Positions 31,526-42,680 of a stretch of DNA of 64,000 bases are shown in pieces (positions within the stretch are counted from its first letter, which is position 1; each line of letters opens with the position of its first letter). A program made the translations under genes and the position numbers. The stretch is from an uncultured Actinomycetes bacterium (GTDB taxonomy: Bacteria > Actinomycetota > Thermoleophilia > Gaiellales > JAICJC01): the NCBI GenBank assembly GCA_963709425.1, contig CAVPWG010000002.1, positions 134,499-198,498 of the forward strand, given 5' to 3'. Under the pieces are notes generated by a model that saw only the letters and a list, made by a program, of their open reading frames with translations, searched no databases and was not told where the DNA came from.

Positions 31526-32431
31526 TCAGGCAGCTTCCAGCGCCTGCTCGAAGAGGCGGTCACTGCTCAGCCGGCTGAGCTCGTCGGCCAGGAGCGCCGG
31601 GCGGGCCGGCGGAGCGAGCACGACCGGGTAGTCGAGCAGCCCGGGCACGGACGCACTGCCGAGGCGGCCACGACCGGTGCGCGCGACCAGATACTCCCTG
31701 TCGCCCGCGCGCATCGTGACGCGCTCGAGGTGGTGCGAACGGCCCTCGCGGCGCAGGTCGATGTCCGCGTGGAGCGCCGACCGGAGCCATCCGGCCATGA
31801 GGCGCGCCTCGTTGTCGGGCCCGCGCACGTCGACGGCCCGCACCCGCTCGAGCGCCTTCACCTCGCTCGGCCCGTCGAAGAGGCCGGCGACGGCGTCGCG
31901 CCACGGCATCAGGCCCGCCCACGCCAGGTCGGCGACGGAATCGGCCAGGATCCTGGCCGCAGCCACGCCGTCCAGGCCGCACTCGCCCGAGTCGACAACC
32001 ACCCGCGAGGCGAGCCCCGCAAGCTCGGCGGCCAGCCCGCCCTGGGGATCGAACGGGCCCTGCCACCAGAGGAACACGGGCAGGTCGGGCACGAGCAGCG
32101 ACGTCACGGCGCTCGGGAGCGCCTTGGCGGTCGCCGTGACCAGTACTCGCTCCGAGCACACCTGGCGGTCGGACGCCCCGACCCAGCACGAGCTCGCCAC
32201 CGACGCGCGCAGCTCGCTGTCCGCCGGCGTCGCGACTATCGCCCGCAGCGGATGCGACGGGCCGACGTGCTCGAGCGCGTCGATCGCAGCCTCGATGCGC
32301 TCCGATCCCGTGGCGTGGACGACCAGGTTCAGGGTGATCGCCCGGACGCTGCCGGTACGGTCACCGCCGCGCGCGGCGCGCAGCATCGCCTCCACAGCCG
32401 CCAGGTCGCCGGTCTCGCCGTTCTCGCTCAT
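31526..32431 (-). CDS. opcA: glucose-6-phosphate dehydrogenase assembly protein OpcA
   Basis: C-terminal 301 aa of ORF 31526..32560, from MSENGETGDLAAVEAML. ATGA overlap with the zwf stop. Has TLNLVVH...LPVFLWWQGP, typical of OpcA. Confidence 0.85.
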   Translation of the reverse strand: MSENGETGDLAAVEAMLRAARGGDRTGSVRAITLNLVVHATGSERIEAAIDALEHVGPSHPLRAIVATPADSELRASVASSCWVGASDRQVCSERVLVTATAKALPSAVTSLLVPDLPVFLWWQGPFDPQGGLAAELAGLASRVVVDSGECGLDGVAAARILADSVADLAWAGLMPWRDAVAGLFDGPSEVKALERVRAVDVRGPDNEARLMAGWLRSALHADIDLRREGRSHHLERVTMRAGDREYLVARTGRGRLGSASVPGLLDYPVVLAPPARPALLADELSRLSSDRLFEQALEAA

Positions 32432-33945
32432 GGCTTCCGCCACCGGCGCCCGTCCCGGGCCAGGAGCTCGTCGGAGAGGTCCGGGCCCCACGAGCCCGAG
32501 TCGTACACCTGCGGGGCCCCCTTCCGCCACTGCTCGAGGAGCGGATCGACGAGCTCCCACGAGCGCTCGACGCCGTCCTGCCGGGTGAAGAGCGTGCCGT
32601 CGCCGCGCATCGCGTCGAGGATCAGCGTCTCGTATGCCTCGGGCACCTCGGCCAGGAACGACGAGCCGTAGAGGAAGTCCATGTTGACCGTCCGGAGCGC
32701 GAGGGTCGGCGTCGGCGCCTTGGCGCCGAACCGCAGCGAGATGCCCTCGTCGGGCTGGATGCGAAGGACGAGGGCGTTGGCCTCGAGCTGCTCGACCGCG
32801 TCGGTGGGAAACGGCAGGTGCGGCGGACGCTTGAACTGGACCGCGACCTCGGTCACCCGTTTGGGAAGCCGTTTGCCGGCCCGGATGTAGAACGGCGTCC
32901 CCGCCCAGCGCCAGTTGTCGATCTCGAGCTTCGCGGCGATATACGTCGGCGTGTTCGAGTCGGGCGGGACGTTCGGCTCGTCGAGGTACGCGACGGTCTG
33001 CTCGCCGGCGACGTAGCCCTCGCCGTACTGGCCCCGTACCGAGTTCTCGAGGGTCATCGGGCGGGTCGCCCGCAGGAGCTTTGCCTTCTCGTCGCGGATC
33101 GGGTCGGCGGAGAACGCCGCGGGGGGCTCCATCGCCACCAGCGCGAACACCTGCAGCAGGTGGTTCTGCACGATGTCGCGGACGACGCCGGTCTCCTCGT
33201 AGAACGCCGCCCGGTGCTCGACGCCGATCGACTCGCCAACGGTGATCTGGATGTGGTCGACGTGGGTGTTGTTCCAGACGGGCTCGAAGATCGCGTTGGC
33301 GAACCGGAACGCGAAGATGTTCTGGACGGTCTCCTTGCCCAGGTAGTGGTCGATGCGGAAGATCTGGCTCTCGGAGAACGACCGGTGAACGACGCCGGCG
33401 AGCTCCCGCGACGAGGCCAGGTCGTGACCGAAGGGCTTCTCGATGACGACGCGGGCGAACCCCGGCGGCTTGTTGAGCTTCGTCGCCCCCATCGCCTGCA
33501 CGATCACCGGGAAGAAGCTCGCGGGCGTCGAGAGGTAGAAGACCCGGTTCCCACCGGTGCCGTGGGCGGCGTCGATCGCCTCGAGGCGCTCGCGGAGCCG
33601 CTTGAACCCGTCCTCGTCGAAGCTGCCCGACTGGTAGTGGAGGCTCTCCGCGAACGCCTGCCAGAGGTGGTCGTCGACCGGCGTCCGCGAGAACTTCTCG
33701 ACCGCCGTGCGGGCGAACTCGCGAAACGCGTCGTTGTCCATCTCGGAGCGCGCGTAGCCGATCACGGCGAAGCGGTTCGGCAGGAGGCCGCGCACCGCGA
33801 GGTTGTAGATCGCGGGCAGGAGCTTGCGCTGGGAGAGGTCGCCCGACGCGCCGTAGATCACGAACACGGTCGGCTCGGACGCGCCGCCGACCCGGAGGCC
33901 CGCGCGGAGCGGGTTCGGGGCCGGCCGCTTGGCCGTCGTCGCCAT
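32428..33945 (-). CDS. zwf: glucose-6-phosphate dehydrogenase
   Basis: ORF 32428..33945. GASGDLSQRKLLPA, RIDHYLGKE and EKPFG signatures. Confidence 0.95.
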   Translation of the reverse strand: MATTAKRPAPNPLRAGLRVGGASEPTVFVIYGASGDLSQRKLLPAIYNLAVRGLLPNRFAVIGYARSEMDNDAFREFARTAVEKFSRTPVDDHLWQAFAESLHYQSGSFDEDGFKRLRERLEAIDAAHGTGGNRVFYLSTPASFFPVIVQAMGATKLNKPPGFARVVIEKPFGHDLASSRELAGVVHRSFSESQIFRIDHYLGKETVQNIFAFRFANAIFEPVWNNTHVDHIQITVGESIGVEHRAAFYEETGVVRDIVQNHLLQVFALVAMEPPAAFSADPIRDEKAKLLRATRPMTLENSVRGQYGEGYVAGEQTVAYLDEPNVPPDSNTPTYIAAKLEIDNWRWAGTPFYIRAGKRLPKRVTEVAVQFKRPPHLPFPTDAVEQLEANALVLRIQPDEGISLRFGAKAPTPTLALRTVNMDFLYGSSFLAEVPEAYETLILDAMRGDGTLFTRQDGVERSWELVDPLLEQWRKGAPQVYDSGSWGPDLSDELLARDGRRWRKP

Positions 33946-35033
33946 CAGGCGGCGCGCTGCGCGTCGAGACTCTGCCGGATCGTCCCGATCAGCGAATCGA
34001 ACGAGTCCGAGAACGACTTCACGCCGTCGACCTCGAGCTTGTGGGTGACGTCGTCGAGCGAGACCCCGGCACCGGCGAGCGCGGCGATCGTGGCGCGGGC
34101 GCCCTCGACGTCGGCGTCGACGGTGCGGGTGACCGTCCCGTGATCCTCGAAGGCCGCGATCGTCCCCTCCGGCATGGTGTTCACGCAGTCGGGGCCGATC
34201 AGGTCATCGACGTAGAGGACATCCGAGTACTCCGGGTTCTTCGTCCCCGTCGAGGCCCACAGCGTCCGCTGGGCCGTCGCCCCCTCACCGGCCAGCTTCT
34301 GCCATCGCTCCGACGCCAGGATCTCGCCGAAGCGCTGGTAGGCGAGCTTGGCGTTGGCGACGGCCGCCTTCCCCCGAAGCGGTGAGCCCTCGGGGAGGAG
34401 CGGGTCGATCGCGGTGTCGACACGCGAGACGAAGAAGCTCGCGACGGAGTGGACGTCCGCGATCGGCTGATGGGCGGCAAGGCGCCGCTCGAGGCCACGC
34501 AGGTAGGCCATGTGGATGGCCTCGTACTGGGCCAGCGAGAAGAGCAGCGTCACGTTGACGTTGATGCCGGCCGCAATCGTCTCCTCGATCGCAGGCACGC
34601 CCTCGGCGGTGCCCGGGATCTTGATGTAGATGTTGGGGCGCCCGATGCGGCCGAAGAAGTCCGGCGCCGCCGCGATGGACGCCGCCGCGTCGTTGGCCAT
34701 GTGGGGCGGCAGCTCGAACGACACGAACCCGTCCAGATGACCCGAGTCGTCGTAGACGGACCGGATCTGGTCGGCGGCCTCGCGGACGTCCTCGATCGCG
34801 AGCTCGAAGAACACGTCGTCGGCCGACGCGGAGGTTCCGGCGAGCGCCGCGATGGCGTCGTCGTAGTCGGTGCTGTCGGCGATCGCCTTCTGGAAGATGG
34901 TGGGGTTCGACGTGACGCCGAGCACCCCGTCGTCGACCATCTTCTTGAACTCCCCCGACTTGAGCCAGCCGCGCCGGATGTTGTCGAGCCACGGGCTCGT
35001 GCCTGCGGCGGCGAGATCGTGAAGCTTTGTCAT
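33945..35033 (-). CDS. tal: transaldolase
   Basis: C-terminal 362 aa of ORF 33945..36083, from [27 protein letters not shown] lies upstream. Has GVTSNPTIF and NIYIKIPGT. The start and stop overlap tkt and zwf. Confidence 0.93.
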   Translation of the reverse strand: MTKLHDLAAAGTSPWLDNIRRGWLKSGEFKKMVDDGVLGVTSNPTIFQKAIADSTDYDDAIAALAGTSASADDVFFELAIEDVREAADQIRSVYDDSGHLDGFVSFELPPHMANDAAASIAAAPDFFGRIGRPNIYIKIPGTAEGVPAIEETIAAGINVNVTLLFSLAQYEAIHMAYLRGLERRLAAHQPIADVHSVASFFVSRVDTAIDPLLPEGSPLRGKAAVANAKLAYQRFGEILASERWQKLAGEGATAQRTLWASTGTKNPEYSDVLYVDDLIGPDCVNTMPEGTIAAFEDHGTVTRTVDADVEGARATIAALAGAGVSLDDVTHKLEVDGVKSFSDSFDSLIGTIRQSLDAQRAA

Positions 35034-37006
35034 GACTCGGAATCTCCTCTCTGCCCCCCGGAGGGTATCGATGCCGCCTGAAGCACGCGCTCGGCCTCGT
35101 CGGCAACGCGCTCGGCGGTGAAGCCCAGATGCTCGAGCACCGTCGCCCCTGGGGCCGAGGCGCCGAAGCGGTCGAGGCCGACGACCGCCCCCCGCAGCCC
35201 GACGTAGCGCTCCCAGCCCAGGCTGGCGGCCGCCTCGACGCTGACGCGAGCCTCGATGTCGGGCGGAAGGACGTCCGCGCGGTAGGACTCGGGCTGCTCC
35301 TCGAAGAGCTCCCACGACGGCAGCGACACGACCCTGCTCGGGACGCCGCGCCCGCTCAGGAGCTCGTGCGCGGCGAGCGCGACGTGCACCTCGGAGCCCG
35401 TGCCGATCAGGATGACGTCGGGATCCGGATCGCCCTCGAGCACGTAGCCGCCACGCGCGGCATCGGCCACGGGATAGCGCTCCGGATCGAGCACGGGGAG
35501 CGCCTGGCGGGTCAGGATGAGCGCCGTCGGCAGGTCGCGGCCGAGCGCCACCCGCCATCCCGCGATCGTCTCGTTCGCATCGGCGGGGCGGAAGACGCAC
35601 ACGTCGGGGGTCGCCCGCAGGGTGGCGAGCTGCTCGATCGGCTGGTGGGTCGGGCCATCCTCTCCGAGCCCGACCGAGTCGTGGGTGTAGACCCAGATGA
35701 CGGGCAGCCGCGAGAGCGCCGAGAGGCGCACCGCGGGCTTCGCGTAGTCGAGGAAGTTGAAGAACGTCGCGACGTAGGGCCGCAGGCCGGCGGCCGCGAG
35801 GCCGTTTGCGATGGCGCTCATGCCGTGCTCGCGGACGCCGAAGCGCAGGTAGCGGCCGGCGTAGGCCCCGGGTTGGAAGTCCTCCCACCCGTCGGGGCGG
35901 GTGTTGTTGGACGGCGTGAGGTCGGCGGAGCCGCCGACCATCTGCGGAACCTGTGAGACGACCTGGGCGATGACCTTGCCCGACGCGGCCCGCGTCGCCA
36001 TGGGCTTGTCGTCGCCGCCGAAGGGCTCGATGACGAGCTCCGGGATCGCCGCGTCCGGGAGCGGGCCGACGGCCGCCTTCCACTCCGCCTGCTGCGCCGC
36101 GCCGACGTCGAGCGCCGCCCGGTAGCGCTCCCGGACAGCGTCCGGGATGAAGAAGAACTGGTCCGGGTCGAAGCCCAGCGTCCTCTTCGTCTGAGCCTGC
36201 TGCTCGGGGCCGCGGGCGTCGGAGTGGGCCCGGGACGTTCCGGCGTCGACGGAGCCGTAGCCGATGATCGTCTTCACCGCGATGAACGTCGGCTGCCCCT
36301 CGTGGGCGATCCCCTCGGCGATGGCGGCATCGATCGCATCGAGATCGTTCCCGTCCTCGACCGTGAGCGTGTTCCAGCCGAACGCCGCGTAGCGGGCCAC
36401 CCGGTCCTCGGTGAAGGCGAGCTGTGTGTCGCCGTCGATCGTGACGTGGTTGTCGTCGTAGAGAAAGACCAGGTTGTCGAGCTCGAGGTGCCCGGCCAGC
36501 GACGACGCCTCACCCGAGACGCCCTCCATCAGATCGCCGTCCGAGACGAGGGCGAACACCCGGAAGCCGGCGGGCTCGCCGAAGCGGGCCGCGAGGTGCT
36601 TGCCGGCGATCGCCATGCCGATCGCGTTCCCGGTGCCCTGCCCGAGCGGCCCGGTGGTCACCTCGACGCCCGGCGTGTGGCCGTGCTCGGGATGCCCCGG
36701 CGTGAGGCTGCCCCACTGCCGGAAGCGCTTGAGCTCGTCGAGCGGCAGGTCGTAGCCCGTCAGGTGAAGCAGCGCGTAGAGCAGCATGCAGCCATGCCCC
36801 GCCGAGAGCACGAACCGGTCGCGCCCCGGCCACGACGGGTCGGCCGGGTTGTGACGCAGGTACCTCGTCCAGAGGACGTGCGCCATCGGAGCGGCCCCCA
36901 TCGGGAGGCCGGGATGGCCCGACTTGGCCTGCTCGACGGCGTCCACCGCCAGGGTGCGGAGCGTGTTGACTGCCAGCTGGTCGATGTCGTCGTACGGCCG
37001 TGACAC
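35030..37006 (-). CDS. tkt: transketolase
   Basis: ORF 35030..37054. Start set at GTG 37006 after AGGAGGG. Has [37 protein letters not shown] and [16 protein letters not shown]. Confidence 0.95.
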   Translation of the reverse strand: MSRPYDDIDQLAVNTLRTLAVDAVEQAKSGHPGLPMGAAPMAHVLWTRYLRHNPADPSWPGRDRFVLSAGHGCMLLYALLHLTGYDLPLDELKRFRQWGSLTPGHPEHGHTPGVEVTTGPLGQGTGNAIGMAIAGKHLAARFGEPAGFRVFALVSDGDLMEGVSGEASSLAGHLELDNLVFLYDDNHVTIDGDTQLAFTEDRVARYAAFGWNTLTVEDGNDLDAIDAAIAEGIAHEGQPTFIAVKTIIGYGSVDAGTSRAHSDARGPEQQAQTKRTLGFDPDQFFFIPDAVRERYRAALDVGAAQQAEWKAAVGPLPDAAIPELVIEPFGGDDKPMATRAASGKVIAQVVSQVPQMVGGSADLTPSNNTRPDGWEDFQPGAYAGRYLRFGVREHGMSAIANGLAAAGLRPYVATFFNFLDYAKPAVRLSALSRLPVIWVYTHDSVGLGEDGPTHQPIEQLATLRATPDVCVFRPADANETIAGWRVALGRDLPTALILTRQALPVLDPERYPVADAARGGYVLEGDPDPDVILIGTGSEVHVALAAHELLSGRGVPSRVVSLPSWELFEEQPESYRADVLPPDIEARVSVEAAASLGWERYVGLRGAVVGLDRFGASAPGATVLEHLGFTAERVADEAERVLQAASIPSGGQRGDSES

Positions 37007-37078
37007 GGAGGGGCCCTCCTGACGGTCTCGGTACGGGCGCAGGGACGATAGCAACCCCTTACCCGATCTCCCGCGCCC

Positions 37079-38463
37079 CTATCCGGACGGGACGCCGTAG
37101 GCGGCGAGGACGCGCCGCGCGCCCGGAACGCCGGCCGTCAGTGCATGCGCCAGATCGGCCTGGGTGGCGATCCCGTAGGCGTTCGCTGCGACGTACCGGC
37201 GCAGTGCGCACGTGACCGCGGCCTGATGCCCGAGCGCCTGCAGCATCCGGGCGCCGTTGACGTAGACGGCGAGCTGGTACTGCGTGTACGGGCGCGTCTC
37301 CCAGAACGACATCGGCCGGCCGGTCAGCGGCCGCACCCCACGCGGATCGGGGAGGCCGCCGAGGTAGGGCCAGATGCGATCGAGCTCGGCCTGGGAGTAG
37401 GTGGCGAGCCCCTCGTCGAGCACGGGATCGCGGGCCTGGTCGTTCCCGACCAGCGAGTAGAACCACTGGTGCGCCACCTCGTGGGTCGTGGCACGGGCGA
37501 TCGCCGTTCTCGCCCAGGAAGATCATCGTCGGGTACTCGATCCCCACCCGACCGAGATCCGGCACGACCGCGAGGTTGAGCGACGGCCACGGGTAGGGCC
37601 CGAACCGCGCGGCAAGCGCCTCGAGCGCGCTCCTGGCCCGTCCCGCGACGTCTTCTGCCGAACCGGGAACGCCACGCTCGACCGCTGCCGTGATGCGAAC
37701 GGGGCTCGGGGCGTGGGCGGTCACCGTGAAGGTGTCGAACCTGCCGACGGCGATCGCGAAGTCGCGAACGGCGGTCGCGGTGAACCGGCCGGGCCCGACC
37801 GGTGTGCCCGACGTGAGCACGTCGTCGCCGGACGGCACGGTGACATGGACGTCGAAATCCGCCGTCGGCGTGGACGACGTCTCTGCCAGAAGCCGCGTCG
37901 GCGGGTCGGTGTCCCAGCCCACGCCGGGCTCCCACGCGAGCACCGGGAAGAACGAGCCGAGTCGGAGCGCGGCGCCGGAGCGTGAGAGCCGGTCGCGAAC
38001 CGGGCCGGGCACGCGCAGGCGAAACGGGACGTCGACGGCGACCGCCCTGCCGGCCGCAAGCGGGTGCGCGAGCGCGACGACGAGCGTGGTCGGATCCGGC
38101 CGGCTCGTCGCAAGGCGCAACCCGGCGGACACGACCGGCCCGGCCGCGAGGTGCGCCCCCTCATCCGCCTGGAGCGGCCCGTTGGGCCAAAGGCGGAAGA
38201 CCAGCCGCCGGGTCGGGAGGTCGGGCGTGAACGTCACGTGCACGCGTCCCGGTCACGTCGCCCGTGGCCGGGACGCCGACGGTGAGCCGGTAGCGCGGCC
38301 GGTCGGGATCGGCCGCCGGGTAGTCGGGCGTCGGGCATGCCGACGGCGAGGGCGGCGCAGCGGCGTGCGCGCTCCTGCACGCGCTCAGCCCGAGGGCGAG
38401 GAGAACCGCGAGGCAAGCTCCCGCCCCGCGCGCTCCAGGTCTCCCTGCTCGTGGGTCTCGCAT
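37079..38463 (-). pseudogene. M1-family (aminopeptidase N-like) zinc metallopeptidase lipoprotein with two frameshifts (~38245 and ~37500)
   Basis: The gene lies in three ORF pieces. Piece 38161..38523 carries a signal and lipobox (CLAVLLALGLSAC...RYRLTVGVPATGDVTGT). Piece 37059..38243 reads VHVTFTPDLPTRRLVFRLWPNG...GIEYPTMIFLGENGD. Piece 37079..37477 reads AHQWFYSLVGNDQARDPVLDEGLATY. The HExxH motif (ARATTHEVAHQWF) only appears when reading across the second junction. Confidence 0.75.
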
Positions 38464-39357
38464 CCGCGCCGTCGCAGCTCCTCCGCCGCGACGGGCTCGA
38501 CGATTCCGCCCACGGCAATGCATTGGACGCCGGCCCGGCCGCAGATGTCAGCGACCTGGGCGACGACCTTGCCCGAGAGCGTCTGGCGGTCGATCCGGCC
38601 CTCGGCGGTGATGCACACGCTCGGCGCCGTGGAGCGCAACCGGCAACCCGGCCCCCTCGGCCACGAGCGCGGCGCCCGGGACGGCGCGCGCACCGAGCGC
38701 CATCAGCATCGCACCGATCCCGCCGCCCGCGCCGGCGCCGGGGAGCTCGGCTGTCGGCAGCTCGAGCCGCCGCAGGCGCTCCTCGAGCTCGCCGACCTGG
38801 CTTGGGCTCGCACCCTTCTGCGGCCCGAAGGTCGCCGCCGCGCCGTCGGGGCCGAGGAGCGGGTTCTGGACGTCGATCGCCGCGACCAGCTCGACGTCGT
38901 CCGGCACGACCCCGAGGCCGTCGCGCAGGCCGGCGCCGCCGTCGGTGGAGGCGGTGCCGCCGACCCCGATCACAACCCGGAGCGCCCCGTCCTCGATCGC
39001 GGCCCGGATCAGCTCGCCGGCGCCTCGCGACGACGCGCCGAGCGGGTCGCGGCGGACATCCGCCACCCGAAGCGACCCGCAGGCCTCCGCCACGTCGAGC
39101 ACGCCCGACCCGTCGATCAGGCGGGCGAAGCGGGCCGTGCACGGCCGGCCGAGCGCGTCGTGGACGTCCGCCTCCCGCCACTCGCCGCCACGTGCTCGCA
39201 GGAGCGCCGCGGCGGTCCCCTCGCCGCCGTCGGCGAGCGGCACCTGGACGACGTCGTCGCCGCGGCGCACGTCCTGCCAGCCTCGCGCGAGAGCGGCGGC
39301 CGCGTTTTCGGCGGTGTAGGTGCCGCGCAGCTTGTCCGGGGCGACGACGACCTTCAT
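38385..39357 (-). pseudogene. glxK: glycerate kinase, frameshifted near 38618-38626
   Basis: ORF 38548..39405 gives MKVVVAPDKLRGTYTA...PLADGGEGT...GIGAMLMALGARAVPGAALVAEGAGLPVALHGA and then junk. ORF 38385..38693 continues as SVCITAEGRIDRQTLSGKVVAQVA. Confidence 0.8.
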
Positions 39358-41336
39358 GACGCGCCGAACTGTCTCACGCGGCGCGCTCGGTAGCATCCTC
39401 GGCATCGCCCGGGACGCCTACATCTGGGAGCCGACGGCCGACGCGCTCGAGCATGCGCACGCCACCGCGTTCATGCGCGAGCACGGCATTGCAGACTGGC
39501 GCGGGCTGATCCAGCGAAGCCAGGACGACATCGAGTGGTTCTGGGACGCCGCGGTCCGGTTCCTGGGCCTCGAGTTCTTCCAGCCGTACGAGCGCGTGCT
39601 CGACACGTCCGCGCGGGACGGCCTGGGCGACCTGGTTCACCGGCGGCACGGTGAACCTCACGCACAACTGCGTCGACCGCCACCCCACCGACCACCCGGC
39701 GGTCGTGTGGGAGAGCGAGGACGGGACGGTCGAGCGGGCCACGTACGGCGAGCTCGCCGCGGAGACGAACCGGCTCGCGAACGCTCTCCTCGAGCTGGGC
39801 GTGGGCCGCGGCGATGCCGTCGGGGTCTTCCTGCCCATGTCGATCCCGGCCGTCGCCGCCTTCTACGCCGTCTGCAAGATCGGCGCGATCGTCGTCCCGA
39901 TCTTCTCGGGGTTCGCCGCACCCGCCGTCGCCGCCCGCCTGGCCGACGCCGGCGCGGTGGCGCTCCTCACCGCCGACGCGGTGCCGCGGCGAGGACGGCC
40001 GGTGTCGATGAAGGCGATCGCCGACGACGCGGTGGCCGACGCGCCGACCGTACGGAGCATCGTCGTGTGGGACCGGCTCGGGACCGACGTGCCGATGGCC
40101 GCCGGCCGCGACCACCGCTGGGACGACCTCGTCGGCCGCCAGAGCCCCCAGCTCGAGCCTCCGGCGCTCGACGCCGAGACGCCCATGATGGTGATCTACA
40201 CGTCGGGGACGACGGGGCGGCCCAAGGGTGCCGTGCACGTGCACGGCGGGTTCCTGGTGAAGATCGCCGAGGAGGCGGCGTTCCAGGCCGACGTCCACGC
40301 CGACGACCGGGTGATGTGGGTGACCGACATGGGCTGGATCATGGGCCCGTGGGTCGTGGTCGGCGCGGGCGCCGCCGGCGCGACGCTCGTGCTCTCGGAG
40401 GGCGCGCCCGACTATCCCGGCCCGGGCCGGCTGTGGGAGCTCGTCGAGCGACACCGGATCTCGGTGCTCGGCGTCTCGCCCACGCTGATCCGCGCCCTTC
40501 GCTCGCACGGCGACGACCCCGTCGCCGAGCACGACCGCTCGTCGATCCGGATCCTCGCGTCGACCGGCGAGCCGTGGAACCCGGACCCGTACCGCTGGCT
40601 CCACGATGTGGTCGGCGAGGGCCGCGCGCCGATCATCAACCTCTCCGGGGGGACCGAGGTGGGTGCGTGCTTCCTCTCGCCGATGCCGGTCATGCCGCTC
40701 AAGCCGTGCACGCTGGGCGGGCCGGCCCTCGGGATGGCGATCGACGTCGCCGGGCCGAACGGCGAGCACCTGCCGGACGGCGAGGTGGGCGAGCTGGTGT
40801 GCCGGAAGCCGTGGCCGTCGATGACCCGCGGCGTGTGGGGAGACCCGCAGCGCTACCTCGACTCGTACTGGTCGCGGTGGCCGGACGTGTGGGCGCACGG
40901 CGACTGGGCGTCGGTCGACGAGGACGGCTGCTGGTACCTGCACGGCCGCTCCGACGACACCCTGAACGTCGCGGGGAAGCGAATCGGGCCGGCCGAGTTC
41001 GAGTCGGCCGCCGTGTCGCACAGCGCCGTCGCGGAGGCGTGCGCGATCGGCGTCCCGGACGCGATCAAGGGCGAGGTCGCCTGGGTCTACTGCGTGCTGC
41101 GGCCGGGGATCGAGGCGACCGACGACCTGCGGGCCGAGGTCCGCGGCCAGATCAGCTCGGTGCTCGGAAAGGCGTTCGCGCCCGCCGACGTGCGGTTCGT
41201 CGACGCGCTCCCCAAGACCCGGACGGCCAAGATCGTCCGCCGGGCGGTGCGCGCCGCGGCGCTCGGCGAGGACCCGGGCGACCTGTCGTCGCTCGAGAAC
41301 CCGGGCGCGCTGGACGGGCTGGCGACAGCGCGGTGA
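39356..41336 (+). pseudogene. AMP-forming acyl/acetyl-CoA synthetase family ligase, frameshifted near 39608-39613
   Basis: ORF 39320..41854 gives ...YIWEPTADALEHAHATAFMREHGI...DDIEWFWDAAVRFLGLEFFQPYERVLDTS and then junk. ORF 39651..41336 and the codons before it give RGTAWATWFTGGTVNLTHNCVDRH...YTSGTTGRPKG...PKTRTAKI. The only canonical in-frame start is ATG 39356. Confidence 0.8.
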
Positions 41337-41854
41337 TGGACGTCGACGCGGCCGTCCGCAGCCGGCGGACGCACAAGGCCTTCCGCCCGGACCCGGTCGA
41401 CGCCGAGACGCTCGACGAGCTGCTCGATCTCGCCCGCTGGGCGCCCAACCACCACCTCACGAACCCGTGGCGATTCCGCGTGCTCGGCCCGGCTGCGCTC
41501 GAACGGCTGAAGCAGGCTGCCGAGGCCGCCAAGCCCGGATCGGCGCGCAAGCTCGACCGGGCGCCGACGCTCGTCGTGGTCTCGGCCCGCCAGACCGGCG
41601 ACTCGGTGCAGGACCGCGAGGACCTCCTGGCCTGCGGCGTCGCGGCCTACATCGTGCTCCTCGGGGCGCATGCCCGTGGCCTCGCCGGGTACTGGCGAAC
41701 GCTGACGCTGCTCGACGAACCGGCCGGCCGGGAGGCGGTCGGGCTCGGGCCGGACGAGGTCGCGGTCGGCCTTGTCCACCTCGGCTGGGCGCTCCACCCG
41801 CCCCAGCCGTCGGAGCGGGCGCCGCTCGCGGACGTCGCCACCCGGCTCGACTAG
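41336..41854 (+). CDS. nitroreductase-family protein
   Basis: Tail of ORF 39320..41854, from ATG 41336, whose first base is the last base of the ligase TGA. Has RRTHKAFRPDPV...LLDLARWAPNHHLTNPWRF. Confidence 0.8.
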   Translation: MDVDAAVRSRRTHKAFRPDPVDAETLDELLDLARWAPNHHLTNPWRFRVLGPAALERLKQAAEAAKPGSARKLDRAPTLVVVSARQTGDSVQDREDLLACGVAAYIVLLGAHARGLAGYWRTLTLLDEPAGREAVGLGPDEVAVGLVHLGWALHPPQPSERAPLADVATRLD

Positions 41855-41897
41855 GCCGGTGCTAGGGTCACCGCGCCAACGGGAAGGGAGTGCTGAC

Positions 41898-42677
41898 GTG
41901 CCCGACGGGATTCTGGACGGCAAGCTCGCGCTGGTGGCGGGCGTCGCCAACAAGCGGTCGATCGCGTGGGCGATCGCGCAGGCCCTCCACGGCGCCGGCG
42001 CGCGGCTCGCGTTCACCTACCAGGGGGAGCGCCTCGAGGGGTCAGTGCGAAAGCTCGCCGAGGAGGCGCAGTCGGATGTGGTCGTCGAGTGCGACGTGTC
42101 ATCGGACGCCAGCATCGACCGGGCGTTCGAGGAGGTCGGCTCGCAGCTCGGCGGGCTCGACATCATGGTGCACTCCGTGGCGTTCGCTCCCCAGGAGACC
42201 TTCACGAACCGCTTCGTGGACACCCCTCGCGAGGCGTTCGCGAGCGCGCTCGACATCTCTGCCTATTCGATGATCGCGATGGCGCGGAGGGCCGAGCCGC
42301 TCATGGCCGCGCGCGGCGGCGGCGCGATGGTCACCATGACCTACATGGCCAGCGAGCGGACGTTCCCCGGGTACAACATCATGGCGACGGCCAAGGCGGC
42401 CCTCGAGTGCTCGGTGCGCTACCTGGCGTACGAGCTCGGCCCCGCGTCCATCCGGGTGAACGCGATCTCGGCGGGCCCCGTCCGCACGCTGGCATCGGCC
42501 GGCATCGCGGGGTTCAAGGACATGGAGTCGATCATCGAGGAGCGCTCGCCGCTCGGCCGGAACATCGAGGCGGCCGACGTCGGGCAGGCCGCCCTGTATC
42601 TGTGCAGCCCGATGTCGCAGATGGTCACGGGGACGACGGTCTACGTCGACTCCGGCTATCACGCGATGGGGATCTGA
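41898..42677 (+). CDS. fabI: enoyl-[acyl-carrier-protein] reductase (NADH)
   Basis: ORF 41772..42677. Start at GTG 41898 after GGGAAGGGAG. Has GKLALVAGVANKRSIAWAIA, YNIMATAKAALE and RVNAISAGPVRTLA. Confidence 0.92.
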   Translation: MPDGILDGKLALVAGVANKRSIAWAIAQALHGAGARLAFTYQGERLEGSVRKLAEEAQSDVVVECDVSSDASIDRAFEEVGSQLGGLDIMVHSVAFAPQETFTNRFVDTPREAFASALDISAYSMIAMARRAEPLMAARGGGAMVTMTYMASERTFPGYNIMATAKAALECSVRYLAYELGPASIRVNAISAGPVRTLASAGIAGFKDMESIIEERSPLGRNIEAADVGQAALYLCSPMSQMVTGTTVYVDSGYHAMGI

Positions 42678-42680
42678 GCC

